From NCBI GenBank assembly GCA_977030845.1, contig OZ365115.1, positions 31,248,001 to 31,312,000 on the forward strand: a stretch of DNA of 64,000 bases. The letters run 5' to 3'. Each line of letters opens with the position of its first letter. Within the stretch, counting starts at the first letter, position 1. Source of the stretch: Fimbriosthenelais zetlandica (lineage: Eukaryota). The notes under the pieces were generated by a model, which was not told the origin of the DNA, did no database searches, and was given only the letters and a program-made list of their open reading frames with translations. Below, piece after piece: positions 62,301 through 64,000 of this stretch. The position numbers and the translations under genes were made by a program.

Positions 62301-62779
62301 ATTGAATCATTCAATAATTCATTTATTCATTCAATCATTCAGATTCTGTCATCTTTGTCGGGATTTGACTCTAATCTCATATATTGGCTTCAATTTATTA
62401 ACTCCGAATCTGTCTTCCTATTTCAGGCCAATTGTCGGAGAGTTATATTACCTTCTGGCTGACTACTATTTTAAGAACAAAGAACAAGGGTAAGTAAAAC
62501 CTGTTATATTGATGAATTTATGACATTCCAACTTCCGTCTTACATTTTGAAAGAATCTTAATTCATCACTTCATATTCCAATACATATACATGATGTACA
62601 TGGCAGTACTATTCAGTACCGGTACTTTCATTAAATAATAATTCTTACAATTGTTTTGTAATTTCAGAAAAGCCATCAAGTTTTACCTTCAGGATCTCTG
62701 TGTGAACCCAGACCGCTTTGACTCCTGGGCTGGTATGGCCCTGGCCCGCGCTTCACGCCTCGAACAGAAGCTCAGCCTG
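53378..62779 (+). CDS. CABIN1: Calcineurin-binding protein cabin-1 (HIRA complex subunit), 5' part; 29 coding exons, incomplete at 3' end
   Basis: Spliced peptide matches remembered CABIN1 motifs: M|[114 protein letters not shown]. Exon lengths sum to 3399 nt (1133 codons), all junctions GT-AG and in phase. Confidence 0.95.
53941..53959 (+). repeat. Poly-G run (19 nt) in CABIN1 intron 1
   Basis: G19 read directly. Confidence 0.95.
54125..54325 (+). CDS. CABIN1: CABIN1 exon 2
   Basis: ttag|[16 protein letters not shown]...LLEAPFIKN|gtaag. Confidence 0.92.
54467..54598 (+). CDS. CABIN1: CABIN1 exon 3
   Basis: ccag|[44 protein letters not shown]|gtat. Confidence 0.92.
54793..54894 (+). CDS. 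CABIN1: CABIN1 exon 4 (TPR)
   Basis: ctag|[34 protein letters not shown]|gtac. Confidence 0.93.
55003..55081 (+). CDS. CABIN1: CABIN1 exon 5
   Basis: tcag|[26 protein letters not shown]|gtaat. Confidence 0.93.
55193..55322 (+). CDS. CABIN1: CABIN1 exon 6
   Basis: tcag|[43 protein letters not shown]|gtaag. Confidence 0.92.
55448..55496 (+). CDS. CABIN1: CABIN1 exon 7
   Basis: ttag|(C)[16 protein letters not shown]|gtaag. Confidence 0.88.
55614..55714 (+). CDS. CABIN1: CABIN1 exon 8
   Basis: ccag|[33 protein letters not shown]|gtaag. Confidence 0.9.
55833..55899 (+). CDS. CABIN1: CABIN1 exon 9
   Basis: acag|(T)[22 protein letters not shown]|gtaagt. Confidence 0.9.
56025..56388 (+). CDS. 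CABIN1: CABIN1 exon 10 (Thr/Ser/Pro-rich low-complexity insert)
   Basis: tcag|[13 protein letters not shown]...TTTTTTTTT...ETSKMEN|gtatgg; phases fit the flanking exons. Confidence 0.85.
56489..56589 (+). CDS. CABIN1: CABIN1 exon 11 (basic, NLS-like)
   Basis: tcag|(V)[33 protein letters not shown]|gtaagt. Confidence 0.9.
56720..56802 (+). CDS. CABIN1: CABIN1 exon 12
   Basis: ttag|[27 protein letters not shown]|gtaagt. Confidence 0.9.
57417..57464 (+). repeat. 19-bp tandem repeat containing TTAGGG (2.5 copies), in CABIN1 intron 12
   Basis: TTAGGGTTAGTAGAGGGGG, TTAGGGTTAGTAGAGGGGA, TTAGGGTTAG; another TTAGGG at 57385-57390. Confidence 0.85.
57769..58032 (+). CDS. CABIN1: CABIN1 exon 13
   Basis: tcag|[15 protein letters not shown]...[33 protein letters not shown]|gtaagt. 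Confidence 0.9.
58269..58346 (+). CDS. CABIN1: CABIN1 exon 14
   Basis: gcag|(W)[25 protein letters not shown]|gtaagt. Confidence 0.88.
58529..58568 (+). CDS. CABIN1: CABIN1 exon 15
   Basis: gcag|(C)[13 protein letters not shown]|gtaagg. Confidence 0.8.
58690..58763 (+). CDS. CABIN1: CABIN1 exon 16
   Basis: tcag|[24 protein letters not shown]|gtaagt. Confidence 0.85.
58858..58991 (+). CDS. CABIN1: CABIN1 exon 17
   Basis: tcag|[44 protein letters not shown]|gtgaa. Confidence 0.87.
59153..59223 (+). CDS. CABIN1: CABIN1 exon 18
   Basis: tcag|(V)[23 protein letters not shown]|gtaagt. Confidence 0.88.
59400..59493 (+). CDS. CABIN1: CABIN1 exon 19
   Basis: tcag|[31 protein letters not shown]|gttagt. 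Confidence 0.85.
59612..59748 (+). CDS. CABIN1: CABIN1 exon 20
   Basis: tcag|(E)[45 protein letters not shown]|gtac. Confidence 0.9.
59867..59941 (+). CDS. CABIN1: CABIN1 exon 21
   Basis: tcag|[25 protein letters not shown]|gtgagt. Confidence 0.9.
60127..60251 (+). CDS. CABIN1: CABIN1 exon 22
   Basis: gtag|[41 protein letters not shown]|gtaaga. Confidence 0.9.
60449..60622 (+). CDS. CABIN1: CABIN1 exon 23
   Basis: gtag|[29 protein letters not shown]...[13 protein letters not shown]|gtgagt. Confidence 0.9.
60899..61058 (+). CDS. CABIN1: CABIN1 exon 24
   Basis: ttag|EECQQGEG...[29 protein letters not shown]|gtcagt (an in-frame alternative donor lies 9 nt upstream). Confidence 0.9.
61150..61385 (+). 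repeat. Degenerate (ATTC)n repeat in CABIN1 intron 24
   Basis: attcattcattc arrays; a shorter one at 62282-62342 in intron 27. Confidence 0.85.
61441..61584 (+). CDS. CABIN1: CABIN1 exon 25
   Basis: acag|[48 protein letters not shown]|gtcac. Confidence 0.92.
61833..61989 (+). CDS. CABIN1: CABIN1 exon 26
   Basis: tcag|[52 protein letters not shown]|gttagt. Confidence 0.92.
62190..62274 (+). CDS. CABIN1: CABIN1 exon 27
   Basis: ctag|[27 protein letters not shown]|gtaagt. Confidence 0.9.
62427..62489 (+). CDS. CABIN1: CABIN1 exon 28
   Basis: tcag|[20 protein letters not shown]|gtaagt. Confidence 0.93.
62668..62779 (+). CDS. CABIN1: CABIN1 exon 29 (last confident exon in window)
   Basis: tcag|[37 protein letters not shown]|gtaaac. 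Confidence 0.93.
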
Positions 62780-64000
62780 GTAAACTCTCTTTTCATTTAC
62801 CTCTTTTAGTCTTAAGCTTCATTTTTTTAGTTTAATTTCATTTGTGTGTTTTCGTTCAGCCCTGTGAATTTTGTCTTGTGCATTTTGAGGGTGCCATACA
62901 GGTTATGTGGACACGGGCCTATTAGATTTATCAAGTGTTTCCCTTATCTCATGTAATTATAAACGTCAGGACTGGAGGAGCCCCTCCCACCTGTCAGTCA
63001 TCCTTCTCACCTCATTCTATCATTTAGCATGGACTAATGAAGTCATAGTCACGAACTGCACAGTCCGTACCCTAGCTCATTTTCTCCTTCCTCTGTTTTT
63101 CATTTTCAATACTGCTGACTATGTAATATACATGTACGCATAACCTCCTTACATCTCATATGTCAAATCAGTTCTTCTTTATGTATATACAACTATCCCT
63201 ATAATTTAGCGATTATACTCAATATCCTGAATCTATAATATGTTGTACACCAATTGGAGCTAGAAATTACAGGCAACTTGATGAGCTTTTCCAGTCCCCA
63301 GAACTGAATCTTAGAATCGTGATCTAACCTTCTAATCGTGATTTAACCTTCCTGAATGGGGGAGAGATATTAGTTGACAGACTTGGCCTGGCGGCAGTGA
63401 TATAATAGAGGTAGCCAGGTGGTGGAGGCTAGAGTGAGGGGCGTGTTTAGTTGACACTTGACACTGTCCTCCACCCACCTCTTTCTTCTTCAGGTGGGCT
63501 CGTAATGAAACGCTTGTCTTCATCTGTTCTTGTTATATGATCAGATATTTTTTTTAATGAAGGTACACTAATGGCCTGGCCTCCCCAACCCACTCCATTG
63601 TTACATCAGTAATTAAAGATCAACTGTCATGTTATCCTCTCTTTTCTTGTGTACCGGTAGTTTTAACAAAATCTCCCCTCACGAATCTGCTTCATCTCTG
63701 ATTGCTTATTACCAATGAAACGAAACACGGGAGGCTTTCACCCAAGCCATCTGATGGAGAAAGAACTCACGTAGGCCATTCCTCGTGGGGGGTCTATTTT
63801 AAGACACGGAATTACTTTTCTCGTTCTTCGACCTACATGTATATACTTAATTATTTTATTATGTTACTGGTAGTAACAATAATCATTATACCAGGGCCTA
63901 CGTAACATTGAGTTATTATCTAAGTTCTTAACGCGGCCCATCAAGAAATCATTACGTAATAATCTCAGTTCAGTGTCAGTTAATGACTAAGTATTTAACA

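Noticed and set aside
54326-62667. U12-type introns or intronic snoRNAs in CABIN1
   Set aside because: No GTATCCTT/ATATCCTT donor at any junction and no convincing C/D box pair with terminal stem seen.
62860-62901. Candidate CABIN1 exon 30 (PCEFCLVHFEGAIQ, phase 0-0)
   Set aside because: Splice sites are plausible but the peptide does not match the expected CABIN1 continuation; left unresolved.
1-64000. CRISPR arrays, rRNA, prokaryotic operons or terminators
   Set aside because: No repeat-spacer array or rRNA-like sequence; gene structure is eukaryotic. The remaining 60-110 aa ORFs are of the size and number expected by chance.

Overview
AT-rich, intron-containing DNA from an invertebrate animal; the phylum cannot be fixed from the sequence. 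There is no prokaryotic, CRISPR, rRNA or true tRNA content. Three protein-coding units are supported. (1) The 5' part of CABIN1 on the + strand: 29 coding exons rebuilt by hand, 53378-62779, about 1133 codons, all GT-AG introns with consistent phases, continuing past the window. (2) An intronless 374-aa Mab-21/cGAS-like receptor (cGLR) at 48692-49816 (+). It keeps the nucleotidyltransferase residues (G55-S56, E68/D70/D162, SYHFKT) but has an acidic loop where vertebrate cGAS has its Zn thumb. (3) An unidentified minus-strand gene whose acidic N-terminal exons (9078-9206, 7419-8144) carry an LLDLD clathrin box and six DPF motifs, with what looks like an alternative start exon at 2068-2505; its conserved C-terminus lies left of the window. 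The ~40 kb between these genes is non-coding. It holds a 5'-truncated L2/CR1-group LINE, a tRNA-derived SINE, a MITE, degraded element relics, microsatellites, a CpG-rich island bracketed by ~185-bp direct repeats, several RFX X-box matches and an RE1/NRSE-like site. The best lead for new biology is the divergent but catalytically intact cGLR, possibly nested antisense in a transcript from CABIN1's bidirectional promoter. All alignments were done by eye from remembered family motifs; no database search was run.
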